Origin: Candidatus Pampinifervens sinense | GTDB lineage: Bacteria; Aquificota; Aquificia; Aquificales; Aquificaceae | NCBI GenBank assembly: GCA_037927135.1 | Contig: JAXSPP010000005.1 | Span: 82,785 to 146,784 of the forward strand | DNA length: 64,000 nt | Reading direction: 5' to 3' | The notes under the pieces: generated by a model | What the model saw: the letters and a program-made list of their open reading frames with translations, nothing else | Told to the model about the DNA's origin: nothing | Databases searched by the model: none | Position numbers and translations under genes: made by a program | Part shown: piece by piece, positions 47,403-58,002 of the stretch | How the letters are laid out: each line of letters opens with the position of its first letter | Position numbering within the stretch: the first letter of the stretch is position 1

Positions 47403-47878
47403 GGAAGGCTGTGTATCCTGGCACCTTTGACCCTCCTCATCTAGGTCATTTGGACATAGTAAGTAGAGCTTTAAAGCTTTTTGATCATGTGATAGTAGCT
47501 GTGGCAAAAAATCCGAGGAAAAACCTCCTTTTTGATGTGGAAGAACGGGTAGATATGTTCAGCCAGATGGTAAAAGATTTGAAGCATGTGGAGGTGAAAA
47601 GCTTTGATGGTCTACTTGTGGACTTTATGAAAAAGGAGGGGATTGAAGTAATAGTGCGCGGTGTGAGGCTCTTTACCGATTTTGAGTATGAGCTTCAAAT
47701 AGCTTTGAACAACTACAAGCTGGCAAAGGTGGAGACCGTTTTCCTTATGCCTTCTCAAGATTACATACATATAAGCTCCACCATAGTAAGAGACATTGCC
47801 TCCTACTGTGGCTGTCTGAAGGGCTTGGTTCACCCCTATGTAGAAAAAAAGCTAAAGGAAAAGTTCGGATGCAAGTGA
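47399..47878 (+). CDS. coaD: Phosphopantetheine adenylyltransferase
   Basis: YPGTFDPPHLGHLD, RGVR..TDFEYE, ISSTIVR. Confidence 0.97.
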   Translation: MRKAVYPGTFDPPHLGHLDIVSRALKLFDHVIVAVAKNPRKNLLFDVEERVDMFSQMVKDLKHVEVKSFDGLLVDFMKKEGIEVIVRGVRLFTDFEYELQIALNNYKLAKVETVFLMPSQDYIHISSTIVRDIASYCGCLKGLVHPYVEKKLKEKFGCK

Positions 47879-47880
47879 TC

Positions 47881-48330
47881 TCATTGACCCTTACACTCCA
47901 CCCCTTCCCTATCTATATACTCTTTCATCCTCTTTACAGCCTCTTCGCCAGTGACAAGGTCCTTTAGGTCCCTCTCCAAGTTTGTAGGCCTTAGCCTTGC
48001 TATCCAACCCCTTGTGTAAGGATAATCGTTTATTAGGTCTGGTGTGTCAAAGAGTTCTTCGTTTCTTTCTACCACCTCACCTTCTATTACCGCAGGTATG
48101 GGTCCTGTCCATTTTCCGCTCTCTAGGCTTGCAATGGGCTTGCCTTTTGGCACATGCTTTCCAACTGCCTTGATCCTTACGTTTACCATCCTTCCAGCCC
48201 TTGTCTGCCCTATGTCTGTAGCTCCTACCACCACAGTGCCGTCTGGCTCTAGCCTATACCAAACTTGATTCTCTATGTCGTAGTAAAGGTCCTTTGGTAT
48301 TTTGCATCCTTTATAGACTACTTCTTCCAT
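47881..48330 (-). CDS. GcvH/LbpA-like lipoate-binding protein (third copy)
   Basis: GCKIPKDLYYD, GATD.GQ.RAG, SLESGKWTG; closely resembles 25085-25564. Confidence 0.88.
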   Translation of the reverse strand: MEEVVYKGCKIPKDLYYDIENQVWYRLEPDGTVVVGATDIGQTRAGRMVNVRIKAVGKHVPKGKPIASLESGKWTGPIPAVIEGEVVERNEELFDTPDLINDYPYTRGWIARLRPTNLERDLKDLVTGEEAVKRMKEYIDREGVECKGQ

Positions 48331-48868
48331 GGAGAAGTATTTTACAGGAGTGTTCCAAAACAGAAATATGAGAATAAGCATAAAAGGGATCTTTATCCGC
48401 GGAGAATACACCGTGGGACCTAACTATGACAATCTTGGAATCCTTTAGGGCTTCTGATGCAGCTTTTGCCAACTCTTTACTTCCAGAGGGATAATAGGGT
48501 AAAACCTCTACACTGCCCAAAAGGTCCTTTCCTTCCGAATCTATGGGCTCTATCACATCATGTGTGAAGGAAAGTATAACCGCATTTACAGGATGGGCAT
48601 GAACCACACAAACATGATCTGTATTCCTGTAGATCTCCTTGTGCACCAAAAGTTCGGAAGAAGCCTTATCTTCCAGCATATGCCTTTCAATCAGTGGAAT
48701 CCTTATAAAGTCCTCCTCCCTTAGCCTACCAAGATGGCCACCCCTTCTGGTGATTATAAGATACTCTCCTAACCTATAGGACAAGTTCCCAGCCCTTGCA
48801 TCCACAAGACCTTCTTCATACAGTAGCCTTCCAACCTCTATGAGCTTTTTAATGACAACCTTTTCCAT
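48311..48868 (-). CDS. Class II aldolase/adducin family protein
   Basis: GNLS.R, ASSELLVH, VVHAHP, GSKELA, HGV. Confidence 0.9.
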   Translation of the reverse strand: MEKVVIKKLIEVGRLLYEEGLVDARAGNLSYRLGEYLIITRRGGHLGRLREEDFIRIPLIERHMLEDKASSELLVHKEIYRNTDHVCVVHAHPVNAVILSFTHDVIEPIDSEGKDLLGSVEVLPYYPSGSKELAKAASEALKDSKIVIVRSHGVFSADKDPFYAYSHISVLEHSCKILLHGRSSL

Positions 48869-50232
48869 AGGCTACACACCAAGCTACAAAGTATGTAAGA
48901 GATAAGGCTAAAAGTAAGACCTACCAGAAGGGCAAACTCGCTATGGAAGATATACTCAAGCATGGCCCAGCTGGAAAAGCCAGAGAGCATGGAAAGGATG
49001 GCAGAAAGGGAATTGGAACCCTTAAAGTATAGGCCTGCCACAAGGGGTATAAAGAGGGACACAAGGCTAAGGGCTGAAGAGCTTCCCACGAGGTGGTATA
49101 TGCTTTCTCCAGAGAGGGCAAAGCCCAAAGAGATGAGGGCTACAAGGACAACGCACAGCCTTGTGAGCCACAAAAAGCCCCTGTCGGAGAGGTTTTTTAT
49201 GTAAGGCCTTATAAGGTTCTCGCTCAGAACGGAGGCGGGAGCAAGGACGGCTGCGCTTGCAGTGCTCATAATGGCAGAAAGCAAAGCACCAAAGAAGAAG
49301 ACCTTTGTGGGCAGGCTTGCATGCTCCATTATCATGGTGGGAAGCATAAGCTGGGGGTCAACTTCTAAAAGCTCTGGATGCTTGACCCTTGCAAAGACGG
49401 CCAGTATGAGAGGAATGAGGGCAACGGTCAAATACATAAGGCCACCGCCTATGGCCGAAAGCACGGCCACCCTCTCACTCCTTGAGGACATGACCCTTTG
49501 AAAAACATCCTGCTGAGGAATGGAGCCAAGGCCTATAGTGATCCATGCGGATATGTAAAGGAGAATATCCTTTAAGGTAGGCTCTGGTAAAAACCTATAA
49601 TAATCCAAAGGTTGTGAGGCAAGCACGGGAGCTATTTGGGAAAAGCCAGAAGAAACTTCATATAAAACTGTCAAAAGGCCCACTATGATCATTATTGTTT
49701 GGATAAAGTCTGTCAAAGAGACTGCCCACATGCCCCCCAAAAAGGTGTAAAAAAGCACCACACCAAAGCCTATAAAGGTGCCCACAGTTTGAGGCACACC
49801 TATCACCAAGTGTAAGATGACACCTATGGCCACCAATTGGGCTCCTATCCATCCAAAGTAAGAAAAAACCATCATAAGGCTCGCCACTATCTCCGTTTTT
49901 CTTCCGTACACCACCCTATAGAAGTCTCCCATAGTAAGAAGGTTCATCCTGTATAAGGGCTTGGCAAAGAAGAGGCCTATGAGGATAAGGCATAGGGCTG
50001 CGCCAAAGGGGTCTTCTATAACGCCTATGAGTCCCTCCTTTGCCATTGTGGAAGAGGCACCAAGGACGGTCTCCGCACCAAACCATGTGGCGAAGGTTAC
50101 AAAGGTGGCCATATACAAGGGAAGGCTTCTTCCTGCAAGTATAAAGTCCTTAGAGTTTTTCACAAAGGTGCTGGCCAAAAGGCCTATAAGAAGGGTCCCT
50201 ACCATATAGAGAAGGATAAACCCCAAAAGCAT
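48838..50232 (-). CDS. Sodium:solute symporter family protein
   Basis: AGRSLP, ATWFGAE, GGMWAVS.TD.IQ, QQDVFQR, SAIMST. Confidence 0.92.
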   Translation of the reverse strand: MLLGFILLYMVGTLLIGLLASTFVKNSKDFILAGRSLPLYMATFVTFATWFGAETVLGASSTMAKEGLIGVIEDPFGAALCLILIGLFFAKPLYRMNLLTMGDFYRVVYGRKTEIVASLMMVFSYFGWIGAQLVAIGVILHLVIGVPQTVGTFIGFGVVLFYTFLGGMWAVSLTDFIQTIMIIVGLLTVLYEVSSGFSQIAPVLASQPLDYYRFLPEPTLKDILLYISAWITIGLGSIPQQDVFQRVMSSRSERVAVLSAIGGGLMYLTVALIPLILAVFARVKHPELLEVDPQLMLPTMIMEHASLPTKVFFFGALLSAIMSTASAAVLAPASVLSENLIRPYIKNLSDRGFLWLTRLCVVLVALISLGFALSGESIYHLVGSSSALSLVSLFIPLVAGLYFKGSNSLSAILSMLSGFSSWAMLEYIFHSEFALLVGLTFSLISYILCSLVCSLWKRLSLKSS

Positions 50233-50241
50233 GCCATTATT

Positions 50242-51582
50242 TTATGAAATTTCTTCCAAAGGTTTACCCTTTGTCTCCACACCCTTTAGGGCCCACATAG
50301 TAAAGGCAAAAAAACCCACAAGCCAAAAGGAGGCAAGGCCAAGCATGGCAAAGGTAAAGCCTATCTGAGCAAGGCTAACAAGAAAGAGTGGCGCAAAAGC
50401 GCCAGAGAGCCTACCTATTATAGAAAGTAAGCCTATGGCGTAGGCCCTTATGTAAGAGGGATAGATCTCAGTGGCTATCACGTAGGCAACGGAGGCAAAG
50501 GAGAAGGCCACAAAAGAATAAACAAAGAAGGTGGTCTTAAGGTCAAAGCCAAGAAGAAAGGAAAGGCTAAGGAGAGAGGAAAGAAGGCTTATAAGTATTC
50601 CCAAGGGTACTCTGCCTATTTTGTCTACCATATAAGCCACCAACAGGCCGCCCAACAGGCCACCCAAGCTTCCAAGGGTGAGTATTTGAGGGATTTCCTT
50701 TGTCTGAAGGTGGTAGACCTCGGAAAGGATTAGAGGTAGTAGGGTTATCATGCCATAATAGGTGGTAAGGATGGTAAAGCTCATGCTGGCGCTAAAGAGG
50801 AATCGCCATCTGTATTTTTCCAGGATAATCTTTGACGCATCAAAAATGCTTCCCTCAAAAACTGGTATATGGCATGTGTTGGTGCTTCTTTTCCCTCCTG
50901 CTTCCTCCTCTATCCTTTCCACTATCCTTCTTGCCTCTTCAATCCTTCCCTTTGATAGGAGCCATCTTGGTGACTCTGGCACATAAAGCCTTACAAAGAC
51001 CACAAGCAAGGCTATAAGTCCTCCAAAGAGATAGGCTATGCGCCAGGCAAGGCCTTCATCCAAAAGCTTTAAAAGTCCTATGGCGCTCAAGGAGGCCATA
51101 AGGCTACCAAGGTTCCAAAGGGCAGTGATGGTACCGTCCACCTTGCCCCTATGCCTTGAGGGCACAAACTCGTCTATGGCAGACTGGATGGCTGCAAACT
51201 CTCCACCCAGGCCCGCACCGGCCAGTATTCTAAAAAGTAGCGCCATTTCAAAGCTGTTGGCAAAGCCTGTCAAAAAGGTGCCACCAGCATACAGAAGAAG
51301 AGTTATCAAAAATAGCTTTTTCCTCCCATACTTGTCTGCAAGGTAGCCAAAGACCAAAGAACCCAGAATGGCACCAATTAGAAAGCCGCTCACCATCATA
51401 GAGCTCTGCCAAGGTAAAAATCCAAGGCTTTTTGCCATAGGCTTTAGGACTGCACTAACTATTACCACCTCAAAGGCATCCAAAACCCATGTAATACCCA
51501 AAGCAAGGACAAACTTTGTATGAAAAGATGTCCAAGGCAGGCTGTCAAGCCTGCAGGTGAGGTCTGTCTCAATAAGCTTCAT
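50242..51582 (-). CDS. MFS transporter (aromatic acid/sugar:H+ symporter-like)
   Basis: GYLADKYGRK, R..AG.GLGGE, PESPRWL, EIYPS.IR, ETKGKPLEEI. Confidence 0.92.
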   Translation of the reverse strand: MKLIETDLTCRLDSLPWTSFHTKFVLALGITWVLDAFEVVIVSAVLKPMAKSLGFLPWQSSMMVSGFLIGAILGSLVFGYLADKYGRKKLFLITLLLYAGGTFLTGFANSFEMALLFRILAGAGLGGEFAAIQSAIDEFVPSRHRGKVDGTITALWNLGSLMASLSAIGLLKLLDEGLAWRIAYLFGGLIALLVVFVRLYVPESPRWLLSKGRIEEARRIVERIEEEAGGKRSTNTCHIPVFEGSIFDASKIILEKYRWRFLFSASMSFTILTTYYGMITLLPLILSEVYHLQTKEIPQILTLGSLGGLLGGLLVAYMVDKIGRVPLGILISLLSSLLSLSFLLGFDLKTTFFVYSFVAFSFASVAYVIATEIYPSYIRAYAIGLLSIIGRLSGAFAPLFLVSLAQIGFTFAMLGLASFWLVGFFAFTMWALKGVETKGKPLEEIS

Positions 51583-51605
51583 AATGCTATAAAATATAGC
51601 TTGGT

Positions 51606-53267
51606 ATGATAGCCTACTTTGTGATGGAGCTCGGTCTTGAAGACAGTATGCCCATATACAGTGGAGGGCTGGGGACCCTTGCAGGAGACACCCTATACTC
51701 CTATGCCGATATGGACATCCCGGCGGTCTGTATAACATTGCTCTACAAGAGGGGGTATAACCTGCAAAAGGTAACACCACATGGCATGCAGTTGGACTTT
51801 GATGCCCTCTGGGATTACAAAAGGTATTTGAGAAGGCTTGACCTTGAGGTGGAGGTTTTCTTTGGAGACAAAAAGCAGAAGGTGGTATGTTGGGAGTATT
51901 GGGTTAGGTCAAAGGCAGATGTGAGGATCCTTTTCCTTGATGCCGATGTGGAAGGAAATGACCCAGAGATTAGGAAGTTAAACAGCAAGCTTTACTTTGA
52001 TGATGGCATATACAGGCTAAGGCAGGAGATCCTTTTGGGTATAGGTGGCTACAGGGTTCTAAAGGCTTTGGGCTATCCCATACATGTCTATCATATGAAC
52101 GAAAGCCATTCAGCCTTCCTTGTGGTAGAGCTCCTAAGAGAGTTCAAGAGCCCAGAAGAGGTAAGGAAAAGGTGCGTCTTTACCATCCATACACCCGTGC
52201 CAACAGGCCACGATAAGTTCCCTGTGGATATGGTAAAGGAGGAGCTAAAGGCTTATGATAACATAGACTGGGAAAAAGAGGCCGTGGAAGGTTACATAAA
52301 CCTCTCTGTGCTTGCCTCAAGGTATTCTAGCAAGGTAAACGCCGTATCCCAAAGGCATATGTATGTCACTCAGGGCATATTCCCAGAGCTTGCTGGAAAC
52401 ATTGAGTATGTGACCAACGGAGTATATCACAAAAGGTGGATACATCCAGAACTTCAGGAGGTCTTTAACGAATACATACCGGGCTGGGATGAGAACCCAA
52501 TACTGCTTCAAAGGGTCTATGATATTCCCTCCGAGCTTCTTCTTAAAACCCACAACAAGATAAAGAGCGAGCTTATAAACTTTATAAATAAACAAACGGA
52601 TGCAAGCTTCTCCGACGATGTGTTTACTATAGGGATAGCAAGGAGGGTAACTCCCTACAAGAGGAACGACCTGATTTTAAGGGATATAGACAGGCTCATT
52701 TACATAGGTGAAAGGGTAGGAGAGATTCAGATAGTCTTTGCGGGCAAAGCTCATCCAAGGGACAGCATGGGTAAGGATATGATAAAGAGGATCTTTGAGG
52801 CCATGAGGATGATAAAGGAGAGGACAAAGGCTGTAAAGGTGGCCTTTCTGGAAAACTACGGCATAGATATGGCAAAGCTTTTGATAGCTGGTTGTGATGT
52901 GTGGCTAAACAATCCTAAAAGACCTCTTGAAGCCTGTGGGACAAGCGGTATGAAAGCTGGAATGAACGGGGTTTTAAACTTCTCCACATGGGATGGCTGG
53001 TGGCTGGAGGGGGGGATAGAAGGGGTGAACGGCTGGGGCATAGGGCCAAGGCCAGGCTGGCAAGATATGAGCGAGTCTTCCGATGAGGAGGATATAGAAG
53101 ACATCTATGGCAAGCTTGCCCATATAATACTGCCAACTTACTATAGGCGCAAGGATGAGTGGGTGAGGCTTATGAAGAACAGCATAGCCACCATAGGCCC
53201 CTACTTTAACACACACAGGATGGTGAGCGATTATATTAGTAAGGTGTATAAAATAGGTTTGAGGTGA
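51606..53267 (+). CDS. glgP: Alpha-glucan phosphorylase (short form)
   Basis: YSGGLG.LAGD, RL.QE.LLG.GG, HMNE.H, TNGV, ARR..YKR, EACGTSGMKA (PLP Lys). Confidence 0.95.
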   Translation: MIAYFVMELGLEDSMPIYSGGLGTLAGDTLYSYADMDIPAVCITLLYKRGYNLQKVTPHGMQLDFDALWDYKRYLRRLDLEVEVFFGDKKQKVVCWEYWVRSKADVRILFLDADVEGNDPEIRKLNSKLYFDDGIYRLRQEILLGIGGYRVLKALGYPIHVYHMNESHSAFLVVELLREFKSPEEVRKRCVFTIHTPVPTGHDKFPVDMVKEELKAYDNIDWEKEAVEGYINLSVLASRYSSKVNAVSQRHMYVTQGIFPELAGNIEYVTNGVYHKRWIHPELQEVFNEYIPGWDENPILLQRVYDIPSELLLKTHNKIKSELINFINKQTDASFSDDVFTIGIARRVTPYKRNDLILRDIDRLIYIGERVGEIQIVFAGKAHPRDSMGKDMIKRIFEAMRMIKERTKAVKVAFLENYGIDMAKLLIAGCDVWLNNPKRPLEACGTSGMKAGMNGVLNFSTWDGWWLEGGIEGVNGWGIGPRPGWQDMSESSDEEDIEDIYGKLAHIILPTYYRRKDEWVRLMKNSIATIGPYFNTHRMVSDYISKVYKIGLR

Positions 53268-53271
53268 AGCT

Positions 53272-54162
53272 ATGGATAAAAGAGAAACTATAAAGCTATT
53301 GCTTTATGATGTAGCCCTTGAACACTCTGCCATAGTGCAATACCTATACCATATATTCCTCATAACAGATGGAAACATCACTTCCGAGATAGAGGAAATC
53401 GCACGCCAGGAGATGAGACATCTAAAGTGGTTTGCCCAAAAGGTGGTCCAACTGGGAGGGCAGGTGGTCCTTGACAGGATAGAAGACATGATCATGATAG
53501 GTGGCCCAGACTGGGCAGATATGCTATCAAAGGATGTTTGGGCGGAGGAAGAAGCCATAAGGATATACAGCCAACAGCTTGAGATGGTAAAGGATGACTC
53601 TGTCAAAAGACTTCTTGAGAGGGTCATAAAGGACGAGGAGGATCACAAATTGGAGTTTTCTGAGCTTTTGGAAAAGGTAAAAGAGGGGCTTGTGTGCATG
53701 CCAACGGAAGAGCAAAATACTGACCCAAAAACTATACAGGTGTTAAACAGGTTTTTAAAGGAGGAATACCAAACCATAATCAACTACCTTTACCAGTTTT
53801 TCCACACAAAGGATTGCACCTACAAAGACATAATGCTTGACCTTGCCATAGAAAGTATGGTGCATATGGGAAAGCTTGGAGAAAAGATAGGTGAGATGGG
53901 AGGCATGCCACAGATTGAAAGAGTGGACTTTTCTCCAAAGCCTCTGAAGAGCCTTCAAGAGCAGGTAAAGGCGGAGATACTCTATGAGCAAGAGACAGGT
54001 GGAGAGTATGGTAAAGAAATGAAAGCTATGGAAGATCCAAGTATAAAGAGGCTCTTCACCTTTATAGAAAACCAGGAGGAATATCACAAGCAAAAGCTTA
54101 TGGAGTTTTTCAAGCTTATGAACAGGCTAACGGTGGGAGACTTAAGGAAGAGGGATGCTTGA
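53272..54162 (+). CDS. Tandem ferritin-like (di-iron) domain protein
   Basis: Two repeats of E..A..QY / EMRH / E / E..H carboxylate motifs. Confidence 0.8.
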   Translation: MDKRETIKLLLYDVALEHSAIVQYLYHIFLITDGNITSEIEEIARQEMRHLKWFAQKVVQLGGQVVLDRIEDMIMIGGPDWADMLSKDVWAEEEAIRIYSQQLEMVKDDSVKRLLERVIKDEEDHKLEFSELLEKVKEGLVCMPTEEQNTDPKTIQVLNRFLKEEYQTIINYLYQFFHTKDCTYKDIMLDLAIESMVHMGKLGEKIGEMGGMPQIERVDFSPKPLKSLQEQVKAEILYEQETGGEYGKEMKAMEDPSIKRLFTFIENQEEYHKQKLMEFFKLMNRLTVGDLRKRDA

Positions 54163-54718
54163 CCTTGTGATAAACTCCTTCAGAGAGAGCGCCGATGTAA
54201 AGCTTGCCTTTGTGGAGCTTTATGCAGAAAGGATATTGGAAGTAGGCCAGATAATGGCGGAGGCCTTAAAAAGTGGAAATAAAATACTGCTTTTTGGCAA
54301 CGGTGGAAGTGCGGCGGATGCCCAGCACATAGCGGCGGAGATAGTGGGGAGGTTCAAAAAGGAAAGGAGGGCCCTTCCTGCCATAGCCCTCACCACAGAC
54401 ACCTCCATACTTACAGCCGTTGGAAACGATTATGGCTTTGAAACCATCTTTGAAAGGCAGATAGAGGCCCTCTGCATGCCCGGAGACATAGCCATAGGCA
54501 TTTCCACCTCTGGCAACTCTCCCAACGTGATAAGGGGTCTTATGAAAGCCCATGACCTTGGTGCCACCACGGTGGCCTTTACAGGAAGGAACGGGGGAAA
54601 GGTGGTAGACATTGCCCACTACAGCTTTGTTGTGCCATCCTACGATACGGCGAGGATTCAAGAGTGCCATATAACCCTTGGCCATGTTCTTTGCGAGATA
54701 ATTGACAGGCTTTTATGA
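54155..54718 (+). CDS. gmhA: Phosphoheptose isomerase
   Basis: [26 protein letters not shown]. Confidence 0.96.
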   Translation: MLDLVINSFRESADVKLAFVELYAERILEVGQIMAEALKSGNKILLFGNGGSAADAQHIAAEIVGRFKKERRALPAIALTTDTSILTAVGNDYGFETIFERQIEALCMPGDIAIGISTSGNSPNVIRGLMKAHDLGATTVAFTGRNGGKVVDIAHYSFVVPSYDTARIQECHITLGHVLCEIIDRLL

Positions 54719-55533
54719 AGGTCCTCCTTTTTGTAAAGGATACAAAGTCTGCCTTTGAGACATCCCAAAGGGTCAGGGAGCTTTTGCATTCCTTTGGCGT
54801 TCGCGTGGAGACATTTATAAACAAACGAGAAGCCAAAAGGCCAAGCTTGGAAGGTATAGACCTTCTTGTAGTGATAGGCGGGGATGGCACCTTTTTGGCC
54901 GGTGCCAGGCTGGTGGCACAAAGGTCCATACCCATCCTTGGCATAAACGAGGGAAGGTTTGGCTTTCTCACAGAGGTGGAAAGGGAGGACATGGAAGAGG
55001 TCATAGAAAAGGTTTTAAAAGGAGAGATAAAGCCACAAAAAAGGATGATGCTCTCCGCCTATTTGAAAAGAGGATCGGAAGAGGTCTATATGGGAGATTA
55101 TCTAAACGATGTGGTCATATCAAAGGAAAGCCTTGCCAGGATGGTGGAGGTGGAAGTATTTGTGGGAGAAGAGTCTGTCCTGAGGGTCTATGGAGATGGT
55201 GTGATAGTCTCTTCTCCTACCGGTTCTACCGCCTATGCCCTCTCCGCAGGAGGCCCCATCATATACCCCCTTTCGGAGGCCCTCCTCTTTGTTCCCATAT
55301 GCCCTCATACCCTCTCCAACAGGCCCCTTGTCCTCCCACCAGACTTTGAGATAAAGCTAAAAAACCTCTCCCAGGATGGCATGGCCTACCTAACACTTGA
55401 CGGCCAGGAGGGCAGAAGCTTAAACAAAGAAGACATTATAATAGTAAGGAGGTCAAAGCATTACTGCCTTATGTATCCAAACCCAAAGAGGAGCTTTTTT
55501 GGAATACTAAGGGAGAAGCTAAGATGGGGCTAA
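54715..55533 (+). CDS. nadK: NAD kinase
   Basis: [30 protein letters not shown]. Confidence 0.96.
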   Translation: MKVLLFVKDTKSAFETSQRVRELLHSFGVRVETFINKREAKRPSLEGIDLLVVIGGDGTFLAGARLVAQRSIPILGINEGRFGFLTEVEREDMEEVIEKVLKGEIKPQKRMMLSAYLKRGSEEVYMGDYLNDVVISKESLARMVEVEVFVGEESVLRVYGDGVIVSSPTGSTAYALSAGGPIIYPLSEALLFVPICPHTLSNRPLVLPPDFEIKLKNLSQDGMAYLTLDGQEGRSLNKEDIIIVRRSKHYCLMYPNPKRSFFGILREKLRWG

Positions 55534-56273
55534 GTTCTTTATTTGAAAGCTACATAGCCTTCCGCTTCAAAGATGGCCAGCTACAGCCCATAAAACATCC
55601 CCACATACCAGACTTTGATAGCCTTTTGCACATAGACCACCAAAAAGAGATTCTAAGAAGGAACACACTGCAACTTGTAAAGGGCTTGCCTGCCAACGAC
55701 GCTCTGCTTTGGGGAGACAGAGGCACGGGGAAGTCCTCCTTAGTCAAGTCCATGCTTGGACTTTTTGCCAAGGAAGGCCTAAGAATTGTGCAAATATACA
55801 AGATGGACCTCTGGCATCTTTCAGACCTCTATGATCTCTTCAGAGAAAGGGAAGAAAAGTTTATCCTCTTCTTTGACGACCTTTCCTTTGAACCGGGGGA
55901 TGAGAGCATAAGGGTCTTGAAGTCTTTGATGGATGGAGACATTGAGGAGAGGCCTGCCAATGTGGTCATATACGCCACCTCAAACAGGAGGCACCTTATG
56001 CCAGAAAGGAACGGGGAAGAAAAGTTCCCAGAAGAAAGCTATTGGGAGAGGGTCTCCCTTGTGGAACGCTTTGGCATAAGGCTTGGCTTTTTCGCCTTTG
56101 GAAAAGAGGAGTACCTTTCCATAGTGAGGCACATAGTGGCCCAAAGGGGCCTAAATATAGAAGAAGAGGAGCTTGAAAGGCTTGCCCTCCAGTGGTCCAT
56201 GAGCAACGGCTTTTCTGGAAGGAGCGCCAGCCAGTTTGTAAAAAATCTGGAAGGTTTTTTAAAACTCACTTAA
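55524..56273 (+). CDS. DUF815 AAA+ ATPase
   Basis: LLWGDRGTGKSSLVK, FDDLSFE, YATSNRRHL, SGRSA.QF. Confidence 0.92.
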   Translation: MGLSSLFESYIAFRFKDGQLQPIKHPHIPDFDSLLHIDHQKEILRRNTLQLVKGLPANDALLWGDRGTGKSSLVKSMLGLFAKEGLRIVQIYKMDLWHLSDLYDLFREREEKFILFFDDLSFEPGDESIRVLKSLMDGDIEERPANVVIYATSNRRHLMPERNGEEKFPEESYWERVSLVERFGIRLGFFAFGKEEYLSIVRHIVAQRGLNIEEEELERLALQWSMSNGFSGRSASQFVKNLEGFLKLT

Positions 56274-56283
56274 AATCTTTCTT

Positions 56284-58002
56284 ATGACCTTCAGAGAGCT
56301 TTCAGAGTTCTTCCAAAGGATAGAGCAGACCACAAGCAGGCTTGAGATGGCAGACATACTAAGAGACCTTTTGGAAAAGGCCGATGTGGAAGAGATAGAC
56401 AAGGTGGTCTATCTGACCCTTGGCGAGCTTGTGCCAGCCTTCAGAGGCTTAGAGTTTGGTGTATCAGAAAAGCTTATGATGGAGGCCATCTCCAAGGCTT
56501 GCGGTGTTAAGGTAAAGCAGGTGGAGAGCCTATACAAAGAGAGGGGAGACTTGGGAGAGGTGGCGCAAGAGCTTATAAGTTGGCAGGGAAGGGGCCTTAG
56601 CTTAGTTAAGGTCTATCAAGAATTATTTGATATTGCAAGGACAAGGGGCACTCTGGACAAGGTCATGAGACTTATAAACCTCCTAAAAGGCCTTTCTGGC
56701 TTTGAGGCCAAGTATGCGGTAAGAGTGGTGATAGGAAGGCTAAGGCTCGGTGTGGGCGATGCCACCATAATAGATGCCCTGGCTCTTATGGCAAAAAGCA
56801 GGGAACTAAAGCCCCTTATAGAGAGGGCCTATAACCTCTGTTCTGATCTTGGCCTTGTAGCCAGAAAGCTAAAGGAAGAAGGGATAAATGCCCTAAAGGA
56901 TTTCAAGATACAGGTTGGCTATCCCATAAGGATGGCCTTGGCAGAAAGAGTATCAAGCGCCCAAGAGATAATAAGCAGGCTTGGAAGGTGTGCGGTGGAA
57001 GCCAAGTACGATGGCTTTAGGTTGCAAGTCCATAAGGATAGTCAAAAGGTTGAAATATACTCAAGGAACCTGGAGCGCATGACGGAGATGTTCCCAGATA
57101 TAGTGAAAGCCATCTTGGAAGACCTCCCTGCCAAGGAAGTAATATTGGAGGGTGAGGCCATAGCCATAAACGAGGAGACGGGAGAATTCTATCCCTTTCA
57201 GATAACCATACAAAGGAAGAGAAAGTATGGTATTCATGAGTATTCAAAAGAATACCCCCTAAAGCTCTTCTGCTTTGACCTCCTATATCTGGAAGGGGAG
57301 GACTACACTGTAAAGCCCTTCATTGAAAGAAGAAAGACCCTTGAAGGACTCCTCACAAAAACAAACACCCTCAGAGTCTCCGAGATGATAATCACAGATA
57401 ATGCCAAGGAGGTGGAAGAGTTTTTTGAAGAGGCCATAACCAGAGGCCTTGAGGGCATAATGGCAAAGAGGCTTGACGCTCCTTACACGGCAGGATCAAG
57501 GAATTTTAACTGGATAAAGCTCAAAAGGAGCTACAGGGGTGCTTTGGCAGACACCATAGATGTGGTGATTCTGGGTTATTACTACGGCAAGGGGGCAAGG
57601 GCAAAGCTCGGCATAGGTGGTGTGCTTGTGGGGGTCTATGACCCATCCACAGACACCTTCAAAACGGTTAGCAAGGTTGGTTCTGGCTTTACAGAAGATG
57701 AGTGGATAAGGCTTAAGAAGATGCTTGATGAGATAAGGATTGAACACAAGCATGCAAGGGTGGATAGCCTCCTTTCTGCCGATGTTTGGGTGGAGCCAAA
57801 GTATGTGATAACGGTAAATGCTGATGAGATAACAAGGTCTCCTTTGCACACAGCTGGAAGGACCATAGATAGCCCAGGCTATGCTCTACGCTTTCCAAGG
57901 GCTGTAAGCTTTATAAGGGAGGACAAAAACCCAGAGGATGCCACGACTGTAGAAGAGATCATAAGACTGTATGAACTTCAAAAGAGAGTGTCTGTAGAGT
58001 AG
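56284..58002 (+). CDS. ATP-dependent DNA ligase (archaeal-like)
   Basis: EAKYDGFR (motif I), EGE, FDLLY, EGIMAK, WIKLK, LRFPR..REDK. Confidence 0.95.
   Translation: MTFRELSEFFQRIEQTTSRLEMADILRDLLEKADVEEIDKVVYLTLGELVPAFRGLEFGVSEKLMMEAISKACGVKVKQVESLYKERGDLGEVAQELISWQGRGLSLVKVYQELFDIARTRGTLDKVMRLINLLKGLSGFEAKYAVRVVIGRLRLGVGDATIIDALALMAKSRELKPLIERAYNLCSDLGLVARKLKEEGINALKDFKIQVGYPIRMALAERVSSAQEIISRLGRCAVEAKYDGFRLQVHKDSQKVEIYSRNLERMTEMFPDIVKAILEDLPAKEVILEGEAIAINEETGEFYPFQITIQRKRKYGIHEYSKEYPLKLFCFDLLYLEGEDYTVKPFIERRKTLEGLLTKTNTLRVSEMIITDNAKEVEEFFEEAITRGLEGIMAKRLDAPYTAGSRNFNWIKLKRSYRGALADTIDVVILGYYYGKGARAKLGIGGVLVGVYDPSTDTFKTVSKVGSGFTEDEWIRLKKMLDEIRIEHKHARVDSLLSADVWVEPKYVITVNADEITRSPLHTAGRTIDSPGYALRFPRAVSFIREDKNPEDATTVEEIIRLYELQKRVSVE

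Noticed and set aside
51583-51780. 66-aa N-terminal extension of the MFS ORF (likewise the extensions at 26560, 43348, 44618, 48411 and 62161)
   Set aside because: Most overlap neighbouring genes; downstream ATGs fit family starts and SD or -10 spacing
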